A stretch of DNA of 64,000 nucleotides, taken from assembly GCA_045652965.1 (NCBI GenBank), contig JAZOLI010000092.1, positions 3,524-67,523 on the forward strand, given 5' to 3'. Source of the stretch: Candidatus Scatosoma sp. GTDB lineage: Bacteria; Bacillota; Clostridia; Christensenellales; Borkfalkiaceae. The notes under the pieces are model-generated. The model was not told the origin of the DNA. It did no database searches and saw only the letters and a list, made by a program, of their open reading frames with translations. The number at the start of each line of letters is the position of its first letter. Position 1 is the stretch's first letter. This document shows, piece by piece, positions 37,862 through 47,188 of the stretch. The position numbers and the translations under genes were made by a program.

Positions 37862-39265
37862 TTATTTCGTAAGCGAAGGATCGGTTAAGATGGGGGAGTT
37901 GGCGGCGAAGCGTTGCACCGATTCTACCGCGCTTTGGCAACGGCGCTTGGTTTTATAATGTTCGCCAAGACACAAAAGCTGTCCGTTTTTGTTCAAAAGC
38001 TTGTAGATATAATCTCCGCGCTTGGTTAAAGAGATGCGGAAATTGTTTTGTTCAATGTTCGTTTTATGCGTTTGAATGCCGTTTACCGCACCAACGTAGG
38101 TCGTATATTCTTCGCTAGATAAAAGCTTTTCGCCGTTGTTTGCAAACAACTCGAAATAGAACGCGTCGCTTCCGTCGGCGTCCTTGTGGCTAGTGATAAT
38201 CCACTTTCCGTTTGCATTCTCCACAATAGGGGTGGGTTCGCCGTCCTCTTCCACGGGCACTTTCACAAGATGATCTTGCACGTTTTCATCTAAAACGGCA
38301 GTTTTTGCAAAACGCTTGGTCGATTCGATCGCGCTTTCACAACGCGTGCGAGTGGGATAGTTTTCACCCATGCAAAGGAGCATGTTTTTGCCGCTTAAAA
38401 GCTTGAAAATGTAATCGCCTTTTTTAGAAAGAGTGATTTTGAAATTGCCCTTTTCAATGTTTGCCTTGTGCGTTGCAATGCCACGAAGCGCACCGCTATA
38501 CGACGTATATTCTTCGCTAGAGAGAAGCTTTTCGCCGTTAGAAGCGTGGAGCTCGAAGAAATAAGTTTCGTCTTCTGCGCTTTCCGCCTCGTCGGTGAGC
38601 ACGCGGCAAATCGTCCATTTTCCGCTATATTTCGCCGCCTCTTCCGTTTCGTCTTCGTCGTCGCCGAGTGCTTTTTGCACGGCGGCTTGTTTTTTTGCTT
38701 TTGCCTTTTCCGCCGTAGCTTTATCTCTCTTTAATTTTTGCGCGTGTTCCTTTTGTGAACGCTCTTCCACCGCCTTTGCGATCGGGTCTTTTTCTTCGGC
38801 AGGGGTTTCGTTTGCTTCCGCTTTTGCTTCCGCTTTTGCTTCCGCTTTTTTCGCAGTCTTTTTAGATGCAGTTTTTTTAGCCGTCGCTTTTTCCTGCGCT
38901 TCTCTTTCGGCTTGCTCTTGCGCTTCTTTCGCGGCTTTTTCGGCAGCTACACGCTCTTCTTCTTCGCGCTCTTCACGCTCTAAGCGTTCCCAAACGGCAC
39001 GGCGAGCGGCTTCTTTTGCCGCCTTTTCTTCTTCCGCGCTCATGGGCTTTGATTGCGCTTGAGCAGGGAGTGGCTGTGTGGTCGCGTTATCTTTTTGTGA
39101 CTTCGCTTGTTGTTCTTGATTTGATTGATTCGCTTTCGAGCGTTTGATCGAAAGGGCAATGATCACGATAAGCAAAATCACGATCGCCGCAAGCGCTGCA
39201 ATGAGCACGTATGCAAGCATAGGATTTGCTTTTAAATAATCAATACATTGATAGATAAATTCCAT
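37862..39265 (-). CDS. Membrane-anchored protein with a Lys/Glu/Ala-rich linker and two tandem YegP/DUF1508 double repeats
   Basis: N-terminal TM helix and a low-complexity linker (KAEAKAEAKAEA). YFFELHASNGEKLLSSEEYTSYSGALRGI...GDYIFKLLSGKNMLLCMGENY then repeats as FYFELFANNGEKLLSSEEYTTYVGAVNGI...GDYIYKLLNKNGQLLCLGEHY. Confidence 0.75.
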   Translation of the reverse strand: MEFIYQCIDYLKANPMLAYVLIAALAAIVILLIVIIALSIKRSKANQSNQEQQAKSQKDNATTQPLPAQAQSKPMSAEEEKAAKEAARRAVWERLEREEREEEERVAAEKAAKEAQEQAEREAQEKATAKKTASKKTAKKAEAKAEAKAEANETPAEEKDPIAKAVEERSQKEHAQKLKRDKATAEKAKAKKQAAVQKALGDDEDETEEAAKYSGKWTICRVLTDEAESAEDETYFFELHASNGEKLLSSEEYTSYSGALRGIATHKANIEKGNFKITLSKKGDYIFKLLSGKNMLLCMGENYPTRTRCESAIESTKRFAKTAVLDENVQDHLVKVPVEEDGEPTPIVENANGKWIITSHKDADGSDAFYFELFANNGEKLLSSEEYTTYVGAVNGIQTHKTNIEQNNFRISLTKRGDYIYKLLNKNGQLLCLGEHYKTKRRCQSAVESVQRFAANSPILTDPSLTK

Positions 39266-39398
39266 AACCGACTCCTTAATTTTTATTTCTATTCGTATGC
39301 TTTACGTTGCTATATATATCTTATACGTATATTTTAATATAAAATAACAAAAATGTCAATGTTCCGTCAAAAATTTTTTCGCTAATTTTTCAAAAAAA

Positions 39399-39427
39399 TT
39401 GACATTTATCCCCAAATGCGTTAAAAT
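39399..39427 (+). promoter_or_regulatory. Promoter of the flavoprotein operon; the ATG lies 6 nt after the -10 (leaderless)
   Basis: TTGACA (39399-39404), 17-nt spacer, TAAAAT (39422-39427), ATG at 39434. Confidence 0.55.
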
Positions 39428-39433
39428 GTAAAT

Positions 39434-40687
39434 ATGGAAAAGATGAAAACGGCAATTATCGGTGGTGGCGCTGCGGGGCTCGTGCTTGCTAGCGCTTTGG
39501 AAAACAAGGAAAAAACGGTTGTGTTTGAACGCGGCGAAAGGGTGGGCAAAAAACTTGCCGCCACGGGCAACGGGCAGGGCAATGTGAGCAATCTCGGCGT
39601 GACGAGAGAAGATTATTTTTCATTTTCAGGCGGTGAAACGCTTGCAAAAGAAATCGTTTCTCGCTACGATGATAGCTCTCTTTGCACCTATTTTGAAAAC
39701 GCAGGCGTGCTTTTGATCACCGACGAGCGGGGCAGAATTTATCCTGCAGGTAGACAGGCTTCTGCGCTTGGGGACGCGCTTAGAAATTTGCTTTCCACGC
39801 GTGAGAGCGTGGAAGTGCGCACGAAAACGCGCGTTTGTGATCTTGAAAAAACAAACGGCGGCTTTATTTTGTGCGTTGAGAAAGAGAACGGCGAAAAAGA
39901 AAAGGTGTTTGCGGAAACGGTTGTGCTTTGCGCCGGCGGCTCGGCGGCAAAATCGTTCGGCACGGACGGCTCGGCTTACGCGCTCGCGCAAAAATTAGGG
40001 CATACGATCACTCAGCTTTACCCTTCGCTCGTGCAACTGAAAGCCGACACGAAAGATATAAAAACGCTCAAAGGTATCCGCGTGCCCGACGCAACGGTGA
40101 CGGCTTATTATACCGACGTTTTAGGCGGCGCGTCCTGCCAACGCTCGGTGCAAATCACGGGGGATATTATGTTCGCCGATTACGGCGTTTCAGGGGATGC
40201 AATTTTTAGGCTCTCTCCCTTTTTAACCCACCGTTTGCAAAATGGCGTTAGCCTTTCTATCGATTTTTTACCTGCGTTCACTGAGGAGCAAATTTATCAA
40301 TCGCTTTTGAAAAAGCAGGCGAAGTTCCCCCATGTTGCAACGGGCGAAATACTGTGCGGTTTTGTCAACAACCAAATTGCAAGAGTGGTGATGAAACGAG
40401 CTGGTGGCGATTTAAAGGCGGCAGCAAAGCTCGTTAAGGCGTTCACGCTTGTTATCACGGGGCATATGGGTTTTGACTTGGCGCAAGTGACCAAGGGTGG
40501 AATCCGCATGGACGAAGTGGACGAAAACTTGCAAAGTAAAAAGCAAAACGGGTTGTATTTCGCAGGGGAAATGTTAGATGTCGACGGACAGTGCGGCGGC
40601 TACAATTTGCAATGGGCGTATGCTTCCGCGCGCTGTGTGGCGGCGGCGATTGATGAAAAACAACAAAAACAAAGGGGGCAGGTATGA
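39434..40687 (+). CDS. HI0933/BaiN-like NAD(P)/FAD-dependent flavoprotein
   Basis: IIGGGAAGL dinucleotide fold and C-terminal YFAGEMLDVDGQCGGYNLQWAYASA. Confidence 0.8.
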   Translation: MEKMKTAIIGGGAAGLVLASALENKEKTVVFERGERVGKKLAATGNGQGNVSNLGVTREDYFSFSGGETLAKEIVSRYDDSSLCTYFENAGVLLITDERGRIYPAGRQASALGDALRNLLSTRESVEVRTKTRVCDLEKTNGGFILCVEKENGEKEKVFAETVVLCAGGSAAKSFGTDGSAYALAQKLGHTITQLYPSLVQLKADTKDIKTLKGIRVPDATVTAYYTDVLGGASCQRSVQITGDIMFADYGVSGDAIFRLSPFLTHRLQNGVSLSIDFLPAFTEEQIYQSLLKKQAKFPHVATGEILCGFVNNQIARVVMKRAGGDLKAAAKLVKAFTLVITGHMGFDLAQVTKGGIRMDEVDENLQSKKQNGLYFAGEMLDVDGQCGGYNLQWAYASARCVAAAIDEKQQKQRGQV

Positions 40688-42261
40688 GTTTACGCACCCT
40701 TTCGGATATAAAACTTCCGATCGGAACAAGCGAAGCGGAGCTTATCAAGATTGCAACAAAAAAGCTTGGAACAAAGCCTGCTTATTTTGCGATCAAGAAG
40801 AAATCGCTTGATGCTCGCAATAAATCGGACATAAAATATATCTATACTATTGAATTTTCAAATCAAGCTCCGCCCAAGAAACCTGCGCTTCAGCGTTTGC
40901 CGAAAAACAAACTGCCTAAAAAACAAGTGGCAGTGATCGGTGGTGGACCTGCAGGCTTGTTTTGTGCGTTGCGGCTGATTGAGCGAGGGATCGCCCCCGT
41001 TTTGTTTGAGCGCGGCGCGTGCGTGGAAGAGCGGGAAAAGGACATTCAAACGTTTATACAAACAAAAACGCTCAACGTGCAATCGAACGTGCAATTTGGC
41101 GAAGGCGGTGCGGGTACGTTTTCCGATGGCAAACTCAACACGCAAACGCATAGCCCCTTAAACCGCGAAGTGCTGGAAACGTTCGTCCGCTTTGGCGCGC
41201 CCGAAGAAATTTTATGGCTCAACAAGCCGCATATCGGCAGCGACAACTTGAAAAAGGTTGTCAAAAACATGCGCGAATATATTTTGGCGAACGGTGGAAG
41301 CGTGTGCTTTAATGCCCGCATGACGGACATAAAAATAAAAGGCGGCGCGGTGCAAAGCATCGTTGTTGAAAGCGATAAAAGCACTTTGCAGGTGGAAGTT
41401 TCCGCGCTCGTGCTCGCGATCGGGCATAGCGCAAGGGATACTTTTGAATTGCTTGCGAGCAAAAATTTAAAAATGACGGCGAAAGATTTTGCCGTGGGCG
41501 TGCGCATCGAGCATTTGCAAAACGAAATCGGCTTTTCGCAATACGGCGCTTCTTTTGGGCGGCTTCCTGCCGCCGATTATAAGCTCGTGTCGCATGCAAG
41601 CGAGCGCGCGGCGTTCACCTTTTGCATGTGCCCCGGTGGTTTGGTTATGCCTGCCACGAGCGAAGAAGGGGGCGTTGTCACCAACGGCATGAGCAATTAT
41701 GCGAGAAATGAAAAAAATGCGAACGCGGCGTTGATTGCGCAGGTGTATAAAAGGGATTTCGGGCAAGATTTTGAGAAAAATCCGCTTGCCGGCGTGGAAT
41801 TTCAACGCACGATTGAGCGAAAGGCGTTTGCGCTTGGCGGCGGTGATTATCGCGCGCCCGTACAGCTCGTCGGCGATTTTCTAAAAGGGAAAACGAGCGA
41901 TCGTTTTGGAAAGGTTATTCCTAGCTACGGCGCAGGCACGACGTTTGTGGAGCTGGGAGAAGTGTTGCCGAGTTTTATAAACGAAACGCTCAAAAGCGCG
42001 ATCGTGGACATGGATAAACGGCTCAAAGGCTTTGCCGATCCCGAAGCGGTGCTCACGGCGGCGGAAACGCGCACGAGCTCGCCCGTTCGGATCGAGCGCG
42101 GCGAAGATTTACAATCGGTGTCGACAAAAGGTGTGTATCCTTGCGGAGAAGGGGCTGGGTATGCAGGCGGCATCACTTCGTCGGCAGCAGACGGCATACG
42201 AGCGGCGGAAGCAATTTATGAGGCGTTGCTGAATGAACGTTTAAACACTTGCATTTTGTAA
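40684..42261 (+). CDS. Uncharacterised FAD-dependent dehydrogenase (COG2509-like)
   Basis: VAVIGGGPAGLFCAL, GGAGTFSDGKL and CGEGAGYAGGI blocks. Its start overlaps the previous stop (ATGA). Confidence 0.7.
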   Translation: MSLRTLSDIKLPIGTSEAELIKIATKKLGTKPAYFAIKKKSLDARNKSDIKYIYTIEFSNQAPPKKPALQRLPKNKLPKKQVAVIGGGPAGLFCALRLIERGIAPVLFERGACVEEREKDIQTFIQTKTLNVQSNVQFGEGGAGTFSDGKLNTQTHSPLNREVLETFVRFGAPEEILWLNKPHIGSDNLKKVVKNMREYILANGGSVCFNARMTDIKIKGGAVQSIVVESDKSTLQVEVSALVLAIGHSARDTFELLASKNLKMTAKDFAVGVRIEHLQNEIGFSQYGASFGRLPAADYKLVSHASERAAFTFCMCPGGLVMPATSEEGGVVTNGMSNYARNEKNANAALIAQVYKRDFGQDFEKNPLAGVEFQRTIERKAFALGGGDYRAPVQLVGDFLKGKTSDRFGKVIPSYGAGTTFVELGEVLPSFINETLKSAIVDMDKRLKGFADPEAVLTAAETRTSSPVRIERGEDLQSVSTKGVYPCGEGAGYAGGITSSAADGIRAAEAIYEALLNERLNTCIL

Positions 42262-42277
42262 AAATAAATGGTATAAT
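42249..42277 (+). promoter_or_regulatory. Promoter of the FNT-CPCC gene; the ATG lies 9 nt after the -10 (near-leaderless)
   Basis: TTGCAT (42249-42254), 17-nt spacer, TGg-TATAAT (42272-42277), ATG at 42287. The -35 lies inside the 3' end of the upstream gene. Confidence 0.55.
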
Positions 42278-42286
42278 TGTAAAGCT

Positions 42287-43222
42287 ATGATGAGATTTGA
42301 AAAAATGACGAAGAAGGACTTTATCGTGTTTTGCGTGGCGTCCGTATTCGGTGGTATTATGGTTGGCATAGGCGGCGTAGGGTTATTGCTTTCGCTTGCC
42401 ACAATGGAAGGGGCTATGGGCAAGCTTGTGGGCGCAATCGTGTTCTCGCTGGCAATGTTTGTCGTCACTACGTTTGGATTATATTTAATCACGGGGCTTT
42501 CTACGCGTATTTTAACAATGCGGATAAAGAACTTATGGTCGTTGCCTGTGAGTCTATTTTTTAACCTGATCGGAATTGCTTTTACGGCGCTACTCGTTGA
42601 ATTTTCACATTCGCACGGCGTTGTGGCTGAGGCGGCGCGAGATCTCGTTCTCACTAAGCTTTGCGAACATGATTGGGCGTTGCATTCCCTTTGTTCGGGT
42701 GTGTTGTGCGGTATGCTTATCGGGCTTTCGGTGTTTTTATCTCATTATACGTCCAAGAAAAATCTTTCGGCGACGGTTGGGGTTGTGTTTCCCGTGTTTG
42801 TGTTCGTGTTTTGTGGGTTTGATAACTCGCTTGCGAACGTCTTTTATATCTTTGCTTGTGGCGAAATCACTTGGCAAAGCATGGGTTATTGCCTGATTTC
42901 CTTGATCGGAAACTTGATTGGCGGCGTACTTGTTTCCGTCTTGCCGCTCATCAAGAAAAAGGACGAGCCGAAAAAATATAAATGCCCCTGTTGCGGCTAT
43001 TTCACCTTTGAAAAAAAGGAGCGGGCTTATGATATTTGCCCCGTGTGTTTTTGGGAAGACGATCCCGAACAGTTTAAAAATCCCACGCTTGCAGGGGGAG
43101 CAAATCACGTTTCTCTTTGTGATGCGCGTGCACATTTTAAACAGTTTGGCGCGTGCGATACGGAAATGAAAAAATATGTGCGCGGACCGAAAAAGGACGA
43201 GTTGCACGGCTACGATAGATAA
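42287..43222 (+). CDS. Formate/nitrite-transporter (FNT)-family channel fused to a C-terminal CPCC-type cysteine-rich domain
   Basis: Six TM segments with the FNT-like CGFDNSLANVFY block. The cytoplasmic tail reads KYKCPCCGYFTFEKKERAYDICPVCFWEDDPEQ. Confidence 0.65.
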   Translation: MMRFEKMTKKDFIVFCVASVFGGIMVGIGGVGLLLSLATMEGAMGKLVGAIVFSLAMFVVTTFGLYLITGLSTRILTMRIKNLWSLPVSLFFNLIGIAFTALLVEFSHSHGVVAEAARDLVLTKLCEHDWALHSLCSGVLCGMLIGLSVFLSHYTSKKNLSATVGVVFPVFVFVFCGFDNSLANVFYIFACGEITWQSMGYCLISLIGNLIGGVLVSVLPLIKKKDEPKKYKCPCCGYFTFEKKERAYDICPVCFWEDDPEQFKNPTLAGGANHVSLCDARAHFKQFGACDTEMKKYVRGPKKDELHGYDR

Positions 43223-43242
43223 AAAAACGAACAAAATAAAAA

Positions 43243-43271
43243 GCGCGAGTTGCTAAAAACAACTCGCGCTA
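43243..43271. terminator. Bidirectional terminator between the FNT gene and the dipeptidase gene
   Basis: Perfect 11-bp stem agcgcgagttg / caactcgcgct. A T-run follows on the minus strand. Confidence 0.7.
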
Positions 43272-43287
43272 AAATTTTATCAAATTT

Positions 43288-44670
43288 TTATTTTATCGGT
43301 CTTATCCAACCAATGCGGATATATTTAGGTTTTGAAATTTCCTTAATCGCTTCATAATAAATTTCGCTAAGTTTTTGGATATGTTCAAAGGTGATATATT
43401 CGTTGGGTTGGTGGATCACGTCTTCCGTTTCAGGAAGATAAGGTCCAAAGCCGCACCCGCATTTGAGCGCCCTTGCATACGTGCCGCCACCGATAGCAAG
43501 CGGAGCGCTTTCGCATCCCGTGATTTGGGCATACACCCCAGACAGGGTTGAGATCAACGCGCCGTTTGGATCGTTGTAAAGGGGATCTTTATAGCTTTCG
43601 ATTGCATATTCTAAACCAAGCGTATCAAGTTTTTCAGTGATTGTTTTAAGCTGCATCGTGGCAGGGAAACGTACGTCGGAAGTGATCTTTAAAACGCCGT
43701 TTGAAAAGCTTGCAACGTTGGGTGAAAGGGTTAAAAATCCCGTTTCGTCGCAAAGCGTTTTTAAGCCGAGCGAATCGCCGAACAAAACGTTGTAAGCCGT
43801 TTGACAGCTTTCGTTGAACGAGCCGAGAAAGGCAAGAAGCGATTCGATTGCGTTTGCACCCTTGTCGGGGGTTGACCCATGTGCGGATTTTCCACGTACT
43901 TTTAAAATGTTTGTGGTGTTATCGTAGGAAAAGGACGTGCCTGCAATTTGGTTTTCGTATCCCACGAGTTTTGCACCTGCCTTTTTTGTGAGCGTTGCGC
44001 TCGCTAAATCGCAAACCATGTTTGCTCTCTCGCCTGCTTTAAAAGCGGTGAACGGAGCGTTTTCAATGGGGAAAGACAGGGTGAAATGGAGAATGCCTTT
44101 TTCCGCGTAGATCACGGGGAAATCGGCGTCGGGGGTAAACCCTTCTTCGGGCATTGTTGCAACTTTGTTATAATGCTCAATACACTTCCACCCGCATTCT
44201 TCGTTGCAACCAACAATCAGCTTAATCGTGCGCTTAGGTGCAAAGCCCGAATCTTTCAAAGCTTTGAGCGCGTATAAGCAAATGATTGCAGGGGTTTTAT
44301 CGTCCAGCGTGCCGCGACCCCAAATTTTTTTGCCGCCCACGCCGCCATCGGATAAATCGTCGTTGATGACACCGCCAAAGGGGGGATAGTTCCAACCGTT
44401 TCCTGCGGGCACGACGTCGAGATGCGCCAAAATGGCAAAATCCTTGCCCCTGCCAAACACCACTTCGCCGATATAGTTATCATAGTTTTTCGTTTCAAAG
44501 CCAAAGCTCGAAGCAAGATCCAAGAAAAACTGCAAACAATCCGCCGTTTCTTTTCCGAACGGATATTCGCCGTTTTCCCCTGCGGCAGGCTTTAAGGAAG
44601 AATCGAATTTAAGAATATCGACCGTCGAAGATACGATCTCGTCGAAATATTTATCCATAACGTGTGCCAT
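43288..44670 (-). CDS. M20-family dipeptidase (PepV/Sapep-like)
   Basis: LAHLDVVPAG, WGRGTLDDKTP and GCNEECG blocks in a 460-aa protein. Confidence 0.8.
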   Translation of the reverse strand: MAHVMDKYFDEIVSSTVDILKFDSSLKPAAGENGEYPFGKETADCLQFFLDLASSFGFETKNYDNYIGEVVFGRGKDFAILAHLDVVPAGNGWNYPPFGGVINDDLSDGGVGGKKIWGRGTLDDKTPAIICLYALKALKDSGFAPKRTIKLIVGCNEECGWKCIEHYNKVATMPEEGFTPDADFPVIYAEKGILHFTLSFPIENAPFTAFKAGERANMVCDLASATLTKKAGAKLVGYENQIAGTSFSYDNTTNILKVRGKSAHGSTPDKGANAIESLLAFLGSFNESCQTAYNVLFGDSLGLKTLCDETGFLTLSPNVASFSNGVLKITSDVRFPATMQLKTITEKLDTLGLEYAIESYKDPLYNDPNGALISTLSGVYAQITGCESAPLAIGGGTYARALKCGCGFGPYLPETEDVIHQPNEYITFEHIQKLSEIYYEAIKEISKPKYIRIGWIRPIK

Positions 44671-44779
44671 AAATTTACCATCCTAAGCTTTTGATACTAT
44701 TATTATACACGATTTTACCGTTTAGGTAAAGAAAATGAAAGGGAAAGAACAAAAAAATTATTTTTTTTCGGGCTTGCTT

Positions 44780-44808
44780 TTGACTTTTATAAGAAATTAT
44801 GCTACAAT
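44780..44808 (+). promoter_or_regulatory. Sigma-70-type promoter of radC
   Basis: TTGACT (44780-44785), 17-nt spacer, TACAAT (44803-44808). Confidence 0.55.
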
Positions 44809-44837
44809 AAAAGGGAAATTGTTAAAGGAGAAGCAAC

Positions 44838-45527
44838 ATGGCAGGCAACGAACACAAAGGACATAGAGAGCGTTTGCGCGCTAAAGTGATCGCGGATGCG
44901 TGTTGCGAACACGAATATTTAGAAATGTTCCTTTGCTATGCCATTCCACGCAAAAACACCAACGACATTGCGCATAGGCTTCTTTCTAAATTTGGGTGTT
45001 TGCCGAGCGTGCTCTCCGCGCCCATGGAAGAATTGCAAAGCGTGGAAGGCGTTGGCGACGGCGCGGCGGCGCTTTTAAAGTGCATGGGGAAATTTTGCGA
45101 AGATTACATGGGCTTGTTCCAAGCTTCCAACGCCTTGCCTGAAACGTACGAGCGGGATAAATTTCTTGCGTTTATTAACCAAACCTACGCGAGGTTGGAT
45201 AAGGAAGTGCTCGACGTTTATTTGATGGATTCTAACAGCAAAATTTTCCGCCGTGAACGCTTTTCTTCTAATCGGGAAATGAAGGTGTGGGTGGACGGAG
45301 AAGCATTTGCTTCCCTGCTTGTCAAAACGCGACCTTCAGGTGTGATTTTGGTGCACAACCATCCGTTCGGAGAGCCTGAGCCTTCCGCATTAGACGATCA
45401 AACGACAAGACAATGCTCGCAAATTTGCAGCGTGCAAAACGTCGTTTTGTGCAATCATTTTATCTATGCGAATCGTGGAATATACGATTATTATGGTAGC
45501 GGTAAGCTCTCCAAAGCAAGGTGCTAA
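44838..45527 (+). CDS. radC: RadC-family JAB/MPN-domain protein
   Basis: HRERLRAK N-terminus, helix-hairpin-helix region LQSVEGVGDGAA, and JAMM motif ILVHNHPFGEPEPSALD. Confidence 0.8.
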   Translation: MAGNEHKGHRERLRAKVIADACCEHEYLEMFLCYAIPRKNTNDIAHRLLSKFGCLPSVLSAPMEELQSVEGVGDGAAALLKCMGKFCEDYMGLFQASNALPETYERDKFLAFINQTYARLDKEVLDVYLMDSNSKIFRRERFSSNREMKVWVDGEAFASLLVKTRPSGVILVHNHPFGEPEPSALDDQTTRQCSQICSVQNVVLCNHFIYANRGIYDYYGSGKLSKARC

Positions 45528-45572
45528 ACGAAAAGAAGTTAAGGCGATTTTAGAAAAATGGGGTAGGCAGGT

Positions 45573-46226
45573 ATGTATCAAACGGTTATTTTTGATTTGG
45601 ACGGCACGCTTTTGGATACGCTTGACGATTTGACGGCGTCGGTGAATTTTGCGCTTGCAAGTTTTTCGTTGCCTGTGCGCACGAGAGAAGAAGTGCGCGT
45701 ATTTGTGGGAAACGGCATCGTGAAACTTATAGAGCGCGCGATTGGCTATAATCATCCCCAATTTCAACAAATCTTCCAAACCTTTCGCGAGCATTACGGC
45801 GCGCATTGTAAGGATAAAACGAAAGAATACGTGGGGATCACTCCCCTTTTAAAGGCGCTCAAAGCGCAAGGCGTGCAAACGGCGGTGGTGTCGAACAAGG
45901 CGGATTTTGCCGTGAAAGCGTTGGCGGCGGAATATTTCCCCGATCTTTTAGAAGAAGCGGTGGGGGAAAACGAAGCGGCTGGCATTGCCAAAAAGCCTGC
46001 GCCCGATGCCCTGCTTGCGGTGATGAAAAATTTAAACGCCGAGAAAAACACCACGGTTTACGTGGGCGATTCGGAAGTGGATATCCAAACGGCAAAGAAC
46101 GCTGGGGTGGATTGTATTTCCGTGGTTTGGGGTTTTAAAGACGAAGAATTTTTGGTTGAAAACGGCGCAACGACGCTTGTCAAAGACCCGAATGACATTT
46201 TAGCACTTTGCAAGGAGAGAGCATGA
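45573..46226 (+). CDS. HAD-superfamily hydrolase (phosphoglycolate-phosphatase-like)
   Basis: Motif I IFDLDGTLLDT, motif II VVSNK, motif III/IV YVGDSEVDIQTA. Confidence 0.8.
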   Translation: MYQTVIFDLDGTLLDTLDDLTASVNFALASFSLPVRTREEVRVFVGNGIVKLIERAIGYNHPQFQQIFQTFREHYGAHCKDKTKEYVGITPLLKALKAQGVQTAVVSNKADFAVKALAAEYFPDLLEEAVGENEAAGIAKKPAPDALLAVMKNLNAEKNTTVYVGDSEVDIQTAKNAGVDCISVVWGFKDEEFLVENGATTLVKDPNDILALCKERA

Positions 46227-47131
46227 TGAGCGTGGAAAAATCGATAGGCAATACACCGCTTGTGGAACTTAAAAACCTGCAAAAAAAATATGCGTTAAAA
46301 GGCAAAATTTTTGCCAAGCTCGAATGGTTTAACCCCGCAGGCTCTATCAAAGATCGGGTGGCGAAAGCGATCGTGGACGACGCCGAAGCATCGGGCAGGT
46401 TGCTCCCAGGCGGCACGGTGATTGAAGCAACGAGCGGAAACACGGGCATTGGGCTTGCGTTCGTGGCGGCCGAGCGTGGATATAAAGCGGTGATCGTGAT
46501 GCCCGATTCGATGAGCGTGGAACGCCAAAAACTCATCAAAGATTATGGTGGGGAGATCCTTTTAACGGACGGCGCGCTTGGCATGCAAGGCGCGGTCGAA
46601 AAGGCGGAAGAGTTAAAAAGAGAAACGCCCAATTCGATTATCGCAGGGCAATTTGAAAATCCTGTGTGTGCAAACGTGCATTATACGACGACGGGTAGGG
46701 AAATTTACGCGCAAACGAATGGGCAAACGGACGTGTTCGTGGCAGGCGTTGGCACGGGCGGCACGATCACGGGCGTGGGGAGATATTTAAAAGAGAAAAA
46801 CCCTAAAACGAAAGTGGTGGCGGTAGAACCGCTTTCTTCGCCCTTGCTTTCCAAGGGATATGCAGGCAAGCACGCTATCCAAGGCATCGGTGCGAATTTT
46901 ATCCCATCGGTGCTGGATCAAAACATTTACGACGAAGTGGTGGGTGTTTCCAACGAAAACGCTTTTGCTTGGGCAAAAGAAGTGAACGCCGTGGAAAATT
47001 TGTTTACAGGCATCTCTTCGGGTGCGGCGCTTTGTGCTGCGATCGAGCTTGCTTGCCGCGAAGAAAACGCGGGCAAAAACATCGTGGTGATTTTTCCTGA
47101 TTCGGGAGAACGATACCTTTCTGTTTTATAA
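46223..47131 (+). CDS. cysK: Cysteine synthase A (O-acetylserine sulfhydrylase)
   Basis: IGNTPLVEL, NPAGSIKDR (PLP lysine) and ATSGNTGIGLA blocks. RBS AAGGAGAG lies upstream, and the ATG overlaps the upstream stop. Confidence 0.9.
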   Translation: MMSVEKSIGNTPLVELKNLQKKYALKGKIFAKLEWFNPAGSIKDRVAKAIVDDAEASGRLLPGGTVIEATSGNTGIGLAFVAAERGYKAVIVMPDSMSVERQKLIKDYGGEILLTDGALGMQGAVEKAEELKRETPNSIIAGQFENPVCANVHYTTTGREIYAQTNGQTDVFVAGVGTGGTITGVGRYLKEKNPKTKVVAVEPLSSPLLSKGYAGKHAIQGIGANFIPSVLDQNIYDEVVGVSNENAFAWAKEVNAVENLFTGISSGAALCAAIELACREENAGKNIVVIFPDSGERYLSVL

Positions 47132-47150
47132 AAGCGAAACAAAACAAAAA

Positions 47151-47173
47151 ACACCCTGATCGGGTGTTTTTTT
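47151..47173 (+). terminator. Intrinsic terminator after cysK
   Basis: Stem acaccc / gggtgt around tgatc, followed by ttttttt. Confidence 0.7.
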
Positions 47174-47188
47174 ATTGCTTACATTTCG

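Noticed and set aside
38814-38849. Three tandem 12-nt repeats (gcttccgctttt), considered as a possible repeat array.
   Set aside because: They lie in frame within the YegP-repeat gene and encode KAEAKAEAKAEA. This is coding low complexity, not CRISPR or a regulatory repeat.
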